A stretch of 64,000 nucleotides of DNA from an uncultured Pelagibacteraceae bacterium (GCA_902555535.1 CACDTB010000002.1:6108-70107), one strand, 5' to 3'; numbered from the stretch's first letter, positions 11,014-23,000 are shown. A program made the numbers and translations. The notes: generated by a model not told the origin, from the letters alone.

Positions 11014-14000
11014 CTAACTTTTTTTATATCTTTTTTTAAAGTAATTGGATTTTTTAATTTATCCAACATTTCTTTAGGACACACCTGAACAAAATTATTT
11101 ACTTCATCATCAAAGTTTTCAATTATTTTTTTCGATAATTGAGACTCAGTTTCTTTAAAATGCTCACTAACTAAATTTTTTAAATATTCTTTCCAGTAAT
11201 CTGTCTCTACATTTTGCCAAACTACTGACTCTGGATTTACTTTCTTCTCAAATTGTTGAGATTTGTCATATATAAATGCCATTCCACCTGTCATACCAGC
11301 TGCAAAATTATCACCAACATCTCCTAAAATTACTACAGTTCCACCAGTCATATATTCACATCCATTAGAATCGCATCCTTCAATTACTGTAACTGCACCA
11401 GAATTTCTAACTGAAAATCTTTCGCCGGCTTGGCCAGCAGCAAAAAGTTTTCCTGAAGTAGCTCCGTAAAGAACAGTATTTCCTAAAATTGTATTTTCAT
11501 TTGAAACTAAATTGCTCTCTTCAGGTAATTTTATTGAAATAGTGGCTCCTGACAAACCTTTACCAACATAATCATTTGCATCTCCCTTTAATACAAGTTT
11601 TAAACCTTTAGAAGAAAATGCACCAAATGATTGGCCCGCTGATCCTTTAAAATTTAAAACTAAAAAGTTTTCATCAAGTCTTTCATAACCGTATTTTTTA
11701 TACAAATAATGAGAAATTCTTGTGCCTACTGCCCTGTGAGTATTTTTTATTTGATATTCACTCTCAATTTTTTCAGAATTATCTAAAGCTTGTTCAATTT
11801 CTGGCCAAATTTGTTGGTCAAGAGTATCTGGTACACTATTTATTTCTTGATCCTCACAATACCTTGGATTATTTCCAGTATCAGCTTGAACAAATAAAGG
11901 ATTTAAATCTAAATCGTCTAAATTTGGAGAACCCTTACTAACCTGTTTTAACAAATCTGTCCTACCAATCACTTCATTTAATGATTTAAAACCTAAATTT
12001 GCTAATATTTCTCTTACTTCACTTGCTATAAATGTGAATAAATTAACTATTTTTTCTGGAGTCCCAGTAAATTTTTCTCTGAGCTTTTTATCTTGAGTAC
12101 AAACGCCTACTGGACATGTATTTGAATGACACTGCCTTACCATTATACATCCCATTGCAACTAATGCGGTAGTAGCAACGCCATATTCTTCAGCACCCAT
12201 CATTGCAGCTATCACCACATCTCTTCCAGTTTTTATTCCACCGTCAGTTCTTAATGTAACTTTATGTCTAAGATTATTTAAAGTTAATACTTGGTTTGCT
12301 TCCGTCAAACCCATTTCCCATGGTATTCCTACGTACTTTACACTTGTTTGAGGTGTTGCTCCTGTTCCACCATTATGTCCAGAAATTAATATTATATCTG
12401 CTTTTGCTTTAGCTACACCAGCTGCAATTGTTCCTACTCCAGAGGAAGCAACAAGCTTAACTCCAATTCGTGCTTTGGGGTTTATTTGTTTCAAATCATA
12501 AATTAGTTGTGCAAGATCTTCTATTGAATAAATATCATGATGTGGAGGTGGTGATATTAAAGTTACTCCAGGAGTTGAATGTCTAAGTTTAGCAATCTCC
12601 TCTGTAACTTTAAATCCTGGTAGCTGACCTCCCTCGCCAGGCTTAGCACCTTGTGCAATTTTAATTTCTATCTCATTACAATTATTAAGATAATTAACTG
12701 TAACTCCGAATCTTGCAGAAGCTATTTGTTTAACTCTTGAGTTTGCACTGTCACCATTATCTAAAACTTTGAATCTACTTGCGTCTTCACCGCCCTCTCC
12801 GCTACATGAAGCACCTTTGATCCTATTCATGCCAGTTGCCAAAGTTTCATGTGCCTCTTTCGATAAAGCTCCATGAGACATGCTCCCACTTCCAAATCTT
12901 TTTAAAATATTTTCTATTGGCTCAACCTTAGAAATATCTATTGGCCCGCTTAATTTTTTTTCTCTAAAATCAATTAAGTCTCTAAGATTAATAGGTGGTA
13001 AACTATATATTCCATCTGCATATCTTTTATAGGCATCATAAGAATTAGATCCTACTGCACTTTGAAGTAAATGAATTAATTTTCCTTGATATTGATGTGT
13101 TTCACCGTTTTTACGATATCTATATATACCGCCAATTGGCAATATAGTTTCAGAACTTTCAAATGCCTCTTTATGAATTTCTCTAATTTTTTTTTCTATA
13201 CCAGTAAGTCCAATACCTGAAATTTTAGAGACAACTCCTGGAAAATAATCTGCAACGATTGTTCTACTTAAACCTACGGTTTCAAAGTTACATCCACCTC
13301 TATAAGAACTTATAACTGAAATACCCATTTTAGACATGATCTTTAATAAACCTGCGTTTACTGATTTTATGTATCTCTCTACACATTCATCAAAGCTAAA
13401 TTGACCAAATAATTTCTTTTCATAACGCTGAAATAAACTATCAAATGCTAAATATGGATTTACAGTAGTTGCTCCAACTCCTATTAAGGTTGCAAAGGAG
13501 TGTGTATCTAAAGCCTCTCCAGATTGAACATTTATTGATACATATCCTCTTAGTTTTTTTTCAATAAGGAATGAATTAATTGATCCAACTGCTAAAAGCA
13601 TTGGTATGGGAAGTTTTAAGCTAGAAAGTTCTTTGTCACTTAAAATCAATTGAGTAACTCCCTGTCTTACTGCAATTTCAGATTCTTTTTGAATTTTTTT
13701 AATTGAATCAGATAAAGTTTCTTCCTCAGAAAAAGTACAATCAATTATAGATGAATTATTGCCGAAAAAATTTATAAATTTTTCAAACTGAGAATTTGAT
13801 AATATTGGACTATTTAAAACATAAATGTTTTGCTTTGTTAAGTTATCAAAATTTAAAATATTTCCAAGATTTCCAAATCTTGTTTTAAGGCTCATTACTT
13901 TATTTTCTCTTAAAGAGTCTATTGGTGGGTTTGTGACTTGGCTAAAATTCTGTCTAAAAAAATGGTATAACGGTCTATACCTATCTGACAAAACAGCCAA

Positions 14001-15515
14001 TGGTGTATCGTCCCCCATAGATCCAGTTGCTTCTTTAGCATCTTCTGCCATAGGATGCAGTATGAGCTCAAGGTCTTCTAAACTTATTCCAAAAGTATAT
14101 TGCCTTCTTCTTAAATCATCTCCAGAAAAAGAATTTTTTTCATCTGAAATATTTAACTTATCATCTAGGTCGATAATTTGTGAATTAAAGTGTTTATATT
14201 CTTTAGCTAAATAATCTTTTATTTGCTTGTTAGTAAATACTTTGCCTTTTTCTATTCTAACTCCAATTATTTCTCCAGGACCCAATCTTCCCTTTGATAA
14301 AATTCTTTTTTCATTTAATTCAATCATTCCTGTTTCAGAACCTGCGAATAATAATTTGTCTTTTGTAATTGCGTATCTTAAAGGTCTTAATCCGTTTCTA
14401 TCATTTGCAGCTATAACCCACTCATTATCAGTTCCAGCAATAGCTGCTGGTCCATCCCATGGCTCCATAGTACTATTTAAAAAATTGAATAATTGTTGGT
14501 GATCTTTTGGTAGAGTTTTATTTTTTTTAGACCATGCATCTGGAACTAACATTAGCTTCGCCAAAGGAGCAGGCTGACCAGATATATTTAATAATTCAAA
14601 AACATTGTCTAACGCAGCAGAGTCTGATGCTCCCTGTTGTATAACAGGTTTTAAGTTTTCAATATCGTCAAAAAGGGGACTGTTCATCTCTTGTTCATGA
14701 ACTTTCATCCAATTTTTATTTCCTCTATAAGTATTAATTTCTCCATTATGTGCTATAGCTCTAAAGGGTTGAGCTAAATTCCAGCTAGGTGCTGTATTTG
14801 TTGAAAATCTTTGATGAAAAATAACAAACCTTGAAACAAATCTCTCATCTTTTAGATCAAGGTAGAAATCTGAGATAGCTTCAGCTAAAAACATTCCCTT
14901 GTAAATGATAGACTTAGAACTCAATGAACAGATATAAAAATTGTTTAAAGATTTTTTAAAAGCTTCATTTTCTATCTTTCTTCTAGTTTCGTAAATTTTT
15001 CTTTCTAAATCTTTATTTTTTAATTCTGGATTATAAGGTTTAAACAATACTTGGATAATTTCAGGCATTGTTTGGAATGCTTTTTCTCCTAAAACTTTTG
15101 GATTAACTGGAACTTGTCTCCACCCATAAATACTAAAATCATTTTTTGTCAATTCACTTTCAACAATAGTTTTACATCTTTCTTGTGCAGCATAATCATT
15201 CCGAGGCAGAAATATCATGCCCACACATATTTCAGAATTGTCATGTGTGTGTCCTGTCACTTCTATCTTTTCAATGAAGAAATCTTTTGGTATTTCAACA
15301 TGAATTCCAGCTCCATCACCAGTTTTCCCATCGGCATCTACAGCGCCTCTATGCCAAACAGCTTTTAACGCTTCAATACCATACTCTACAACTTTACGAG
15401 ATTTTTTACCTTCAGTTGATGCAATTATACCAACTCCACAAGCATCATGCTCCATGTCTTCTGAATAGACATTATTTTCTTTTAAAAGCTGAAGGTTTTT
15501 TTTATAATTTTCCAT
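11010..15515 (-). CDS. gltB: Glutamate synthase large subunit
   Basis: EHDACGVG, HQRFSTNT, IKIAQGAKPGEGGQLPG, CIMVRQCHSNTCPVG. Confidence 0.98.
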   Translation of the reverse strand: MENYKKNLQLLKENNVYSEDMEHDACGVGIIASTEGKKSRKVVEYGIEALKAVWHRGAVDADGKTGDGAGIHVEIPKDFFIEKIEVTGHTHDNSEICVGMIFLPRNDYAAQERCKTIVESELTKNDFSIYGWRQVPVNPKVLGEKAFQTMPEIIQVLFKPYNPELKNKDLERKIYETRRKIENEAFKKSLNNFYICSLSSKSIIYKGMFLAEAISDFYLDLKDERFVSRFVIFHQRFSTNTAPSWNLAQPFRAIAHNGEINTYRGNKNWMKVHEQEMNSPLFDDIENLKPVIQQGASDSAALDNVFELLNISGQPAPLAKLMLVPDAWSKKNKTLPKDHQQLFNFLNSTMEPWDGPAAIAGTDNEWVIAANDRNGLRPLRYAITKDKLLFAGSETGMIELNEKRILSKGRLGPGEIIGVRIEKGKVFTNKQIKDYLAKEYKHFNSQIIDLDDKLNISDEKNSFSGDDLRRRQYTFGISLEDLELILHPMAEDAKEATGSMGDDTPLAVLSDRYRPLYHFFRQNFSQVTNPPIDSLRENKVMSLKTRFGNLGNILNFDNLTKQNIYVLNSPILSNSQFEKFINFFGNNSSIIDCTFSEEETLSDSIKKIQKESEIAVRQGVTQLILSDKELSSLKLPIPMLLAVGSINSFLIEKKLRGYVSINVQSGEALDTHSFATLIGVGATTVNPYLAFDSLFQRYEKKLFGQFSFDECVERYIKSVNAGLLKIMSKMGISVISSYRGGCNFETVGLSRTIVADYFPGVVSKISGIGLTGIEKKIREIHKEAFESSETILPIGGIYRYRKNGETHQYQGKLIHLLQSAVGSNSYDAYKRYADGIYSLPPINLRDLIDFREKKLSGPIDISKVEPIENILKRFGSGSMSHGALSKEAHETLATGMNRIKGASCSGEGGEDASRFKVLDNGDSANSRVKQIASARFGVTVNYLNNCNEIEIKIAQGAKPGEGGQLPGFKVTEEIAKLRHSTPGVTLISPPPHHDIYSIEDLAQLIYDLKQINPKARIGVKLVASSGVGTIAAGVAKAKADIILISGHNGGTGATPQTSVKYVGIPWEMGLTEANQVLTLNNLRHKVTLRTDGGIKTGRDVVIAAMMGAEEYGVATTALVAMGCIMVRQCHSNTCPVGVCTQDKKLREKFTGTPEKIVNLFTFIASEVREILANLGFKSLNEVIGRTDLLKQVSKGSPNLDDLDLNPLFVQADTGNNPRYCEDQEINSVPDTLDQQIWPEIEQALDNSEKIESEYQIKNTHRAVGTRISHYLYKKYGYERLDENFLVLNFKGSAGQSFGAFSSKGLKLVLKGDANDYVGKGLSGATISIKLPEESNLVSNENTILGNTVLYGATSGKLFAAGQAGERFSVRNSGAVTVIEGCDSNGCEYMTGGTVVILGDVGDNFAAGMTGGMAFIYDKSQQFEKKVNPESVVWQNVETDYWKEYLKNLVSEHFKETESQLSKKIIENFDDEVNNFVQVCPKEMLDKLKNPITLKKDIKKVS

Positions 15516-16954
15516 TAAGCCACTTTTTTTTCCACTTTGGATTTACTCTCTAGATAAGTTTTAATTGAAGCTGCTGCATCTCTTCCGTCTTTTATCGCCC
15601 AAACAACTAATGAAGCTCCTCTAACTATATCACCAGCAGCAAACACTCCTTTTATATTTGTTTCCATAGTATCAAAATCTGTTTTAATAGTTCCCCACTT
15701 TGTTACTTGTAATTCATTAGTATCGAATAAATTTGGTAAATCCTCAGGATCGAAACCTAATGCTTTGATAACCATATCTGCTTTTGTTTCGTAACTTGAA
15801 CCTTCTTGTACTTGTGGCTTTCTTCTTCCTGTTTCGTCTGGGTCACCTAATTTAATTTGATCTACAATTATTTTTTCTACTTTATTTGTACCTTTAAATT
15901 CTTTAGGACTTGATAACCAAACAAACTCAACACCTTCCTCTTCTGCATTTGCAACTTCTCTAGCAGATCCTGGCATATTTTCTTTATCTCTTCTATACAA
16001 ACATTTAACAGATTTTGCCTTCTGCCTTATAGAAGTTCTTACACAATCCATTGCTGTATCACCTCCACCGATTACAACAATATCTTTACCTTCTGCATTT
16101 AAAATTCCTTTATCAAACAACTCAACATCATCTCCTAGACCTTTTTTATTAGATGCTGTTAAAAAATCCATTGCAGGAAAAATATTATCAAGATCATTAC
16201 CAGGTAAGTTTACTTCTCTTGCTTTATAAACTCCTGTTGCAATTAAAATTGCATCGTGTTTTTTTCTCAATTGGTCTAAGCTTGCATCCTTACCAACTTC
16301 AAAATTTTGAACAAATTCAATTCCTCCATCTTTTAAGAGTTTTGTTCTTCGCTCTACAACTTCTTTTTCTAATTTAAAATTTGGAATTCCATAAATTAAT
16401 AATCCTCCTGCTCTATCATATCTATCGTAGACAGTAATTTTATACCCATTTTTTCTTAATTGTTCTGCAGCAGCTAATCCAGCAGGACCTGCTCCTATAA
16501 TTCCTACGCTTTGATTTTTTTCATTAGTTACCTTAATTGGTTTAACCCAGCCCTGAGCCCAAGCATTATCTGTAATATATTTTTCTACTGATCCAATAGT
16601 TACTGTTCCATGACCAGACTGTTCAATTACACAATTTCCCTCGCATAATCTATCTTGGGGGCAAATTCGGCCACACACTTCAGGCATATTGTTTGTGCTT
16701 TGGGATAATTCATACGCCTCTTTTAATCTTCCCTCAGCTGTCAGTTTAAGCCAATCTGGAATGTTGTTACTTAAAGGACAATGAACTTGGCAAAAAGGTA
16801 CTCCGCATTGCGAACATCTACTTGACTGTTCTTTGGCTTTTTCATTGATATACTCGCCATAAATTTCGTTAAAATCTTTCTTTCTCGTATCAACTTCTCT
16901 TTTAGGTGGAGTTTGTTGACCTATTTTGACAAATTTGAGCATTTTATCTGGCAT
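15515..16954 (-). CDS. gltD: Glutamate synthase small subunit
   Basis: RCSQCGVPFC, CGRICPQDRLCEG, GAGPAG, GGGDTAMDC, GASLVVWAI. Confidence 0.97.
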   Translation of the reverse strand: MPDKMLKFVKIGQQTPPKREVDTRKKDFNEIYGEYINEKAKEQSSRCSQCGVPFCQVHCPLSNNIPDWLKLTAEGRLKEAYELSQSTNNMPEVCGRICPQDRLCEGNCVIEQSGHGTVTIGSVEKYITDNAWAQGWVKPIKVTNEKNQSVGIIGAGPAGLAAAEQLRKNGYKITVYDRYDRAGGLLIYGIPNFKLEKEVVERRTKLLKDGGIEFVQNFEVGKDASLDQLRKKHDAILIATGVYKAREVNLPGNDLDNIFPAMDFLTASNKKGLGDDVELFDKGILNAEGKDIVVIGGGDTAMDCVRTSIRQKAKSVKCLYRRDKENMPGSAREVANAEEEGVEFVWLSSPKEFKGTNKVEKIIVDQIKLGDPDETGRRKPQVQEGSSYETKADMVIKALGFDPEDLPNLFDTNELQVTKWGTIKTDFDTMETNIKGVFAAGDIVRGASLVVWAIKDGRDAAASIKTYLESKSKVEKKVA

Positions 16955-17011
16955 AATATTATTTAAGTTTTGGCAAAATATACCTTGATTTATGTATATA
17001 AAGTATAAAAT

Positions 17012-17030
17012 AGGTCATATATATTGACCT
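17012..17030. promoter_or_regulatory. Inverted repeat AGGTCA-N7-TGACCT, candidate operator upstream of gltD
   Basis: Perfect 6-bp arms with GC content in an otherwise almost all-AT spacer. Confidence 0.5.
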
Positions 17031-17074
17031 TAATTTTTAAATTATTACGACTAATAAACAAGTTTTTAATTATT

Positions 17075-17089
17075 GCATAGCTATTATGC
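17075..17089. promoter_or_regulatory. GCATA-N5-TATGC (GCA-N9-TGC) palindrome, candidate NtrX/NtrC-family site
   Basis: Seen in the gltD/uppP divergent spacer; the regulator assignment is inference. Confidence 0.4.
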
Positions 17090-17137
17090 TTAAATCGAAT
17101 TGTTTAAAATCAATACTTTATAAGTTACGAAGAAATA

Positions 17138-17902
17138 ATGTTTCAAAATATTATAGAAGTTTTAATTCTCTCTGCAATTCAAGGAATATCTGAATTTCTG
17201 CCTATAAGCTCCTCTGCTCATTTAATTTTGGTTTCCACATTATATGAATTTAAGTCCAGTTCTCTTTTAATTGATATAAGCCTTCATTTAGGATCTCTAA
17301 TGGCAATAATTTATTTTTTTAGAAATGAGCTATTGGATTCTAGAAAAAATAAAAGACTTATAAGTTTAATGATACTCGGATCTATTCCTTTAATAATTGT
17401 TGGCTATTTACTTTATAATACAGGTTTAATTTATCAGTTAAGAAACATAGAAATTATAGCATGGACTACATTAATATTTGCAATTATTTTATACATTTCA
17501 GACAAAAATCGATTTGATAAAAAAATTTCTTCAAATTTAAATTTTCAATCAATAATATTTGTAGGTATTTTCCAAATTTTCTCTCTTGTACCTGGGGTGA
17601 GTAGAGCGGGAATTACTATAACAGCTGCGAGAATTTTAAAATTTAATAGAGTAGATTCAAGTAAGATATCTTTTTTACTTTCAATCCCGGCATTGGCTGG
17701 GGCTAGTGTCTTAAGTTTAAAAGATGTTTTCGAACAATCAATTGAATTTAACTACTTGATCGTTATTGCGATTGTATCTTCCTTTATTTTTTCTTTCTTA
17801 ACAGTAAAATTCTTTTTAATTTATATTAATAAATTTTCAATGAACGCTTTTGTAATTTATAGAATTGTAATTGCCTTAATTTTATTTTATTTAATTTATT
17901 AA
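17138..17902 (+). CDS. uppP: Undecaprenyl-diphosphate phosphatase (BacA/UppP)
   Basis: QGISEFLPISSSAH, PGVSRAG, SFLLSIP; multi-pass membrane protein. Confidence 0.96.
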   Translation: MFQNIIEVLILSAIQGISEFLPISSSAHLILVSTLYEFKSSSLLIDISLHLGSLMAIIYFFRNELLDSRKNKRLISLMILGSIPLIIVGYLLYNTGLIYQLRNIEIIAWTTLIFAIILYISDKNRFDKKISSNLNFQSIIFVGIFQIFSLVPGVSRAGITITAARILKFNRVDSSKISFLLSIPALAGASVLSLKDVFEQSIEFNYLIVIAIVSSFIFSFLTVKFFLIYINKFSMNAFVIYRIVIALILFYLIY

Positions 17903-18792
17903 ATATATTTTTTTTTAACTAAAGGTAACAATTGAGATAAAAGAACTCCACATAGAATAAAAAAACATCCAAGCAGATTATTAATATCTAAAATTTGATT
18001 TAAAATAATCCAAGCAGCTATCGTAGCAAATACTCCTTCAAGTGAAAATATAATGGCCGCTGGTGCTGGTGTAATATTTCTCTGTGCATAAATTTGTAGA
18101 ACAAATGCAAATCCGCCAGATAATATCCCAGCGTATAAAATTGAATAAATTTCCTTTAAAATATTATTTAAAATAAATTCTTCATAAATAATTCCAATTA
18201 TAAATGAAAAAATGGCCACAATTAAAGTCTGCGCAGCTCCTAAAGTAAGTGGAAGATTGTATTTAGTTATAATGATCCCAGTAAAAATGATATGAGTGCT
18301 CCAAAATAAAGCTCCAAGAACAACTAAAGTATCTCCTAATCTTATTGTTGCATCATGAAAATTTGTTAATAAATATCCTCCGATCAAACATAGAACTACA
18401 GAAGGCCATACACTCCAATGTATTGATTTTTTACCGAACAAAAAAATGATAATCGGTACCATTGGCACATAAAAAATTGTAAAAAAAGCAGCATTTGCAA
18501 CATCTGTATAAAGCAAAGCAACTTGTTGTAGTGCTGAGCCTAAGAATAAAGAAATTCCAATTAATAATGAATAAATTATGAAAGTTTTTTTATCTAATTT
18601 AAATTCTGATTTAAAATTTTTTAATTCAAATAAAATCATAAGTGGAATTATGGCTAAAAAACCAACAAAAAACCTCACAGCATTAAACGTAAAAGGGCCG
18701 ATATTATCCATGCCCGTATCTTGGGCAATAAAAGTTGTTCCCCAAATGAAAGTACACAACAAGGCACTAAATAATGATATGGATTTACTCAT
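17899..18792 (-). CDS. DMT/EamA family transporter
   Basis: About 10 TM segments, IWGTTF, two EamA repeats, IFSLEGVFA. Confidence 0.9.
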   Translation of the reverse strand: MSKSISLFSALLCTFIWGTTFIAQDTGMDNIGPFTFNAVRFFVGFLAIIPLMILFELKNFKSEFKLDKKTFIIYSLLIGISLFLGSALQQVALLYTDVANAAFFTIFYVPMVPIIIFLFGKKSIHWSVWPSVVLCLIGGYLLTNFHDATIRLGDTLVVLGALFWSTHIIFTGIIITKYNLPLTLGAAQTLIVAIFSFIIGIIYEEFILNNILKEIYSILYAGILSGGFAFVLQIYAQRNITPAPAAIIFSLEGVFATIAAWIILNQILDINNLLGCFFILCGVLLSQLLPLVKKKYI

Positions 18793-18798
18793 TTTTAA

Positions 18799-20061
18799 TT
18801 AGACAGCTAGTTTATAAGCAAAGTTTTTGCCTAAATTTTCTTTTAGATCATTATTAAACCTAGCTGCTTCAGCGCCGTCAATAATTCTGTGATCATAAGA
18901 TAAAGAAATTGGCAGCATGGTCCTAGTTTGAAATTTCCCGTTCATAAAAATTTGTTTTTTTTCTGATCTTCCTACTCCTAATATAGCAACTTCAGGATAA
19001 TTAATTATAGGAGTAAAAAATGAACCTCCTATACCACCTAAACTCGTAATCGTCATCGAGCCACCAAACAATTCTTTTTTATCAATTTTTAAATTTCTAC
19101 AAAGTTCGCTTACCTCCTTTAATTCTTTACTTATCAGAGAAATTTTTTTGTTATTTGCATTTCTTATTTTTGGAACCATTAATCCATTTAGAGTGTCAAC
19201 TGCTATCCCAATATGGTAATATTTTTTTAAAGTCATTTTTCCAGTCTCAATTTCGTCGATAGAAGAATTAAAACTAGGAAATTTCTTTAAAGACACAACT
19301 AAAGCCTTTATTATAAAGGCTAAAGGTGTAATTTTAATTTTTTCTCCAGTATACATATCTGTTAATGAACTCCTAAAACTTTCCATCTCTGTTATGTCGG
19401 CTTCATCGTGATTTGTAACATGAGGAATTGTTGTCCATGAATTTGTAAGATATTTTGATGACAATTTTTTTACTCTTGGTATGTCTTTTATTTCTATTTC
19501 ACCAAAATCAGAATGTTCAAATTCGTTTTTAATTTTATCTGGTTGTGTATCTTTTGCTACAACAGTGTTTTTTGAATTAGTTGAAACATATTTTTTAATA
19601 TCATCTTCAATAACCCTGCCATCTTTCTGGCTTCCAGCTACTTGATTAATATCTACACCAAGTTCTCTGGCAAATTTTCTAGCTTTTGGACTTGCAGATG
19701 AAATATTTGAAATATTATTTTTAGAAAAAGTTTTTTCTTGAATTTCAGATTTCATTACCTCAATTTTTTTAGATTCTTTTTCAATTTCTGGATTTTCTTT
19801 AACATCTTTCTTTTTAACTTCAGAGGTACTTTCTATAGTCAAAATTAAGTCGCCCTCAGAAACTTTGTCTCCTACTTTTATTTTTAAATTTTTAATTTTA
19901 CCCTCTAAATTTGATGGTATTTCTACGCTAGATTTATCGCTTTCGATTGTTATTAAGGCATCATTTTTTTTAACTGATTGACCTTCAGTAACTAATACCT
20001 CTATCACTTCAACATCTTTAAAATCTCCAATATTAGGAACATTAATCTCAGTTTCTGACAT
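18799..20061 (-). CDS. aceF: Pyruvate dehydrogenase E2, dihydrolipoamide acetyltransferase (one lipoyl domain)
   Basis: Lipoyl ESDKS, E3-binding ASPKARKFARELGVD, catalytic SYDHRIIDGA. Confidence 0.95.
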   Translation of the reverse strand: MSETEINVPNIGDFKDVEVIEVLVTEGQSVKKNDALITIESDKSSVEIPSNLEGKIKNLKIKVGDKVSEGDLILTIESTSEVKKKDVKENPEIEKESKKIEVMKSEIQEKTFSKNNISNISSASPKARKFARELGVDINQVAGSQKDGRVIEDDIKKYVSTNSKNTVVAKDTQPDKIKNEFEHSDFGEIEIKDIPRVKKLSSKYLTNSWTTIPHVTNHDEADITEMESFRSSLTDMYTGEKIKITPLAFIIKALVVSLKKFPSFNSSIDEIETGKMTLKKYYHIGIAVDTLNGLMVPKIRNANNKKISLISKELKEVSELCRNLKIDKKELFGGSMTITSLGGIGGSFFTPIINYPEVAILGVGRSEKKQIFMNGKFQTRTMLPISLSYDHRIIDGAEAARFNNDLKENLGKNFAYKLAV

Positions 20062-20062
20062 C

Positions 20063-23000
20063 TTATAATTTTGTTGGCATTGGTTTATTGCTATCTATAT
20101 TGTACTTCTTCATTGCATCTTTTGCGTGTTTGGAAGTTATAAGCTGTTCTTTTGCTAATATACTTAAACCGTAAGCTACAAAATGTTCTTTATCCACCTC
20201 AAAAAATTTTCTTAAATTTTTTCTAGTATCACTTCTTCCAAAACCATCTGCTCCTAATGAATAAAAGCTTTTATTAATATAAGATCTGATTTGATCTGAA
20301 TTCATTCTCATATAATCTGATGCAGCCAAAATTGGACCTTCAGCTTTACCAAGACACTGTTCAACATAAGATTTTTTAGGTTCTTTATCAGGGTTCAGAA
20401 GATTAAATCTTTCCACTTCCATTCCATCTTTTCTTAATTCATTAAAGCTCGTTACGCTCCATACCTCACTATCTATTTGATAGTCATTTTGTAAAATTTC
20501 AGCAGCTGACATCATTTCTCTTAATATTGTACCTGATCCTAAAAGTTGAATTTTGGTTTTTTTATATTTGTTAAACTCTTTTATTTTGTACATGCCTTTT
20601 AAAATGCCTTCTTCACAATTTTTATCTTTAGGCATTCCTGGGTGTGAATAATTTTCATTCATTGTTGTAATGTAATAAAAAACATTTTCATTTTTCTCAT
20701 GCATTCTTCTTAAACCTTCTCTAAAAATAACAGCTAATTCATAATGGAAGGTAGGATCATAAGTAACACAATTTGGAATAGTTGAGGCAATTAGATGACT
20801 ATGTCCATCTTGATGTTGTAAACCTTCTCCTGCTAGAGTTGTTCTACCAGCTGTTGCACCTACTAAAAATCCTCTTGCCTGACTATCTCCAGCCGCCCAA
20901 GCTAAATCTCCTGTCCTTTGAAATCCAAACATAGAATAAAAAATATATATTGGAATCATTTCAATATCATGATTAGTATATGCAGTAGCAGCTGCTATCC
21001 ATGATGACATTGCGCCAGCTTCATTTATACCTTCCTCTAAAACTTGACCACTTTTATCCTCTCTATAAGAACTTAATTGAGCAGAATCTTCAGGTTCATA
21101 TTTTTGTCCTTCATGTGCATAAATTCCTATTTTTTGAAAAAATCCTTCCATACCAAATGTTCTTGCCTCATCAGGAATAATTGGGACCAATCTAGGAGAT
21201 ATATTTTTATCCCTTAATAAATTTGTTAACATTCTTACTAGGGCCATAGTGGTAGACATTTCTTTTTCACCAGTTGATACTTTCATGAAATCAAAAATAT
21301 CTTTTGAAGGTGCTTTGATTGGTTTAGCGAAAGTCGAACGTTCAGGTAAATATCCACCTAATTTAATTCTTCTTTCTTTTATGTATTTTGTTTCTGGAGA
21401 TTTCTCGTCAGGCCTAAAGTATTCAATATTTCTTACTTGATCATCTGTTAGAGGGACGTCAAAGCGATCCCTATAATACATCAAATCGTCAACATCTAAT
21501 TTTTTTGTTTGGTGTGTAGTATTCACGCTTTCCCCAGATTTTCCCATTCCATAACCTTTAATAGTTTTAGCAATAATAACTGTTGGACTTCCTACACTTT
21601 TAGTTGCTTTATCATATGCAGCAAAAACTTTATGAGGGTCATGTCCACCTCTATTGAGCCGCCATATATCTTTATCAGACATGCTTGAAACTAATTCTAA
21701 TGTTTCAGGAGATTTTCCAAAAAACTTTTCTCTTACATAAGCACCATCTCTTGCCTTCATTGCTTGATACTCGCCATCTACGGTCTCATTCATAATTTTT
21801 ACTAAATGACCGGTTTTATCGTTAGATATCAATGAGTCCCAATACGATCCCCAAATTACTTTTATTACATTCCAACCAGCTCCTCTAAAACTTCCTTCAA
21901 GTTCTTGAATTATTTTCCCATTACCTCTAACTGGACCGTCCAATCTTTGAAGATTGCAATTAACTACAAAAATTAAATTATCTAAATTCTCTCTTGCAGC
22001 CAGTCCAATTGCTCCCATCGACTCTGGCTCATCCATTTCTCCATCACCTAAAAAAGCCCACACTTTTCTTCCTTCATCTTTAATCAAACCTCTATTGATT
22101 AAATACTTCATGTACCTAGCTTGATATATAGCAAGCATGGGACCTAATCCCATCGATACTGTGGGAAACTGCCAAAATTTTGGCATTAACCAAGGGTGTG
22201 GATATGACGATAGACCTCCAGGCTTTACCTCCTGTCTAAAGCTATCTAATTGTTTCTCATTTAATCTGCCTTCTAAGAATGCCCTTGCATACATTCCTGG
22301 AGCACTATGACCTTGAAAATAAATTAAATCTCCACCAAATTTATTATTTTTTGCTCTCCAAAAATGGTTCATACCAACATCGTATAATGTTGCAGCAGAT
22401 GCAAATGTACCGATGTGTCCACCAAGCTCAGGATGTTTTTTATTTGCTCGAACTACCATTGCTGCTGCATTCCATCTGATTAACGATCTAATTCTTCTTT
22501 CAATATTTTGATCGCCACTAGACTTTACTTCAGCCTCAGGTGGTATTGTATTAATGTATGGTGTATTTTGAGTATAAGGAATGTTCGCTCCTTCACGATA
22601 AGCTTTATTAATTAGTTCTTTAATTAAAAAATGAGCTCTTTGGTTTCCATCTTTCGAAATAACTGCAGATAAAGACTCCAGCCAATCTTGAGTTTCAAGT
22701 GGATCAACATCGGCCCCACTGACTACTTGAATTGTAGATTGTTTTTTCTCAATTATAGGTTCAGATATAATTTTTCTTTCTTCTTTTTTTTCAGCCATTG
22801 CTTCTTCAGCTTGTTTAATTATATTTTCTGTATCTTTTGGAAGAGTGCTTTCTGATGATATTTTTGATGATGATGTAAGATTAAGCAATAAATCTCCTTT
22901 TGAAACTTTATCACCAACTTTAACTGCTAAACTATCTACTTTTCCAGAAATTGTAGAAGGGATTTCAACGCTTGATTTGTCACTTTCAATTGTAACTATT

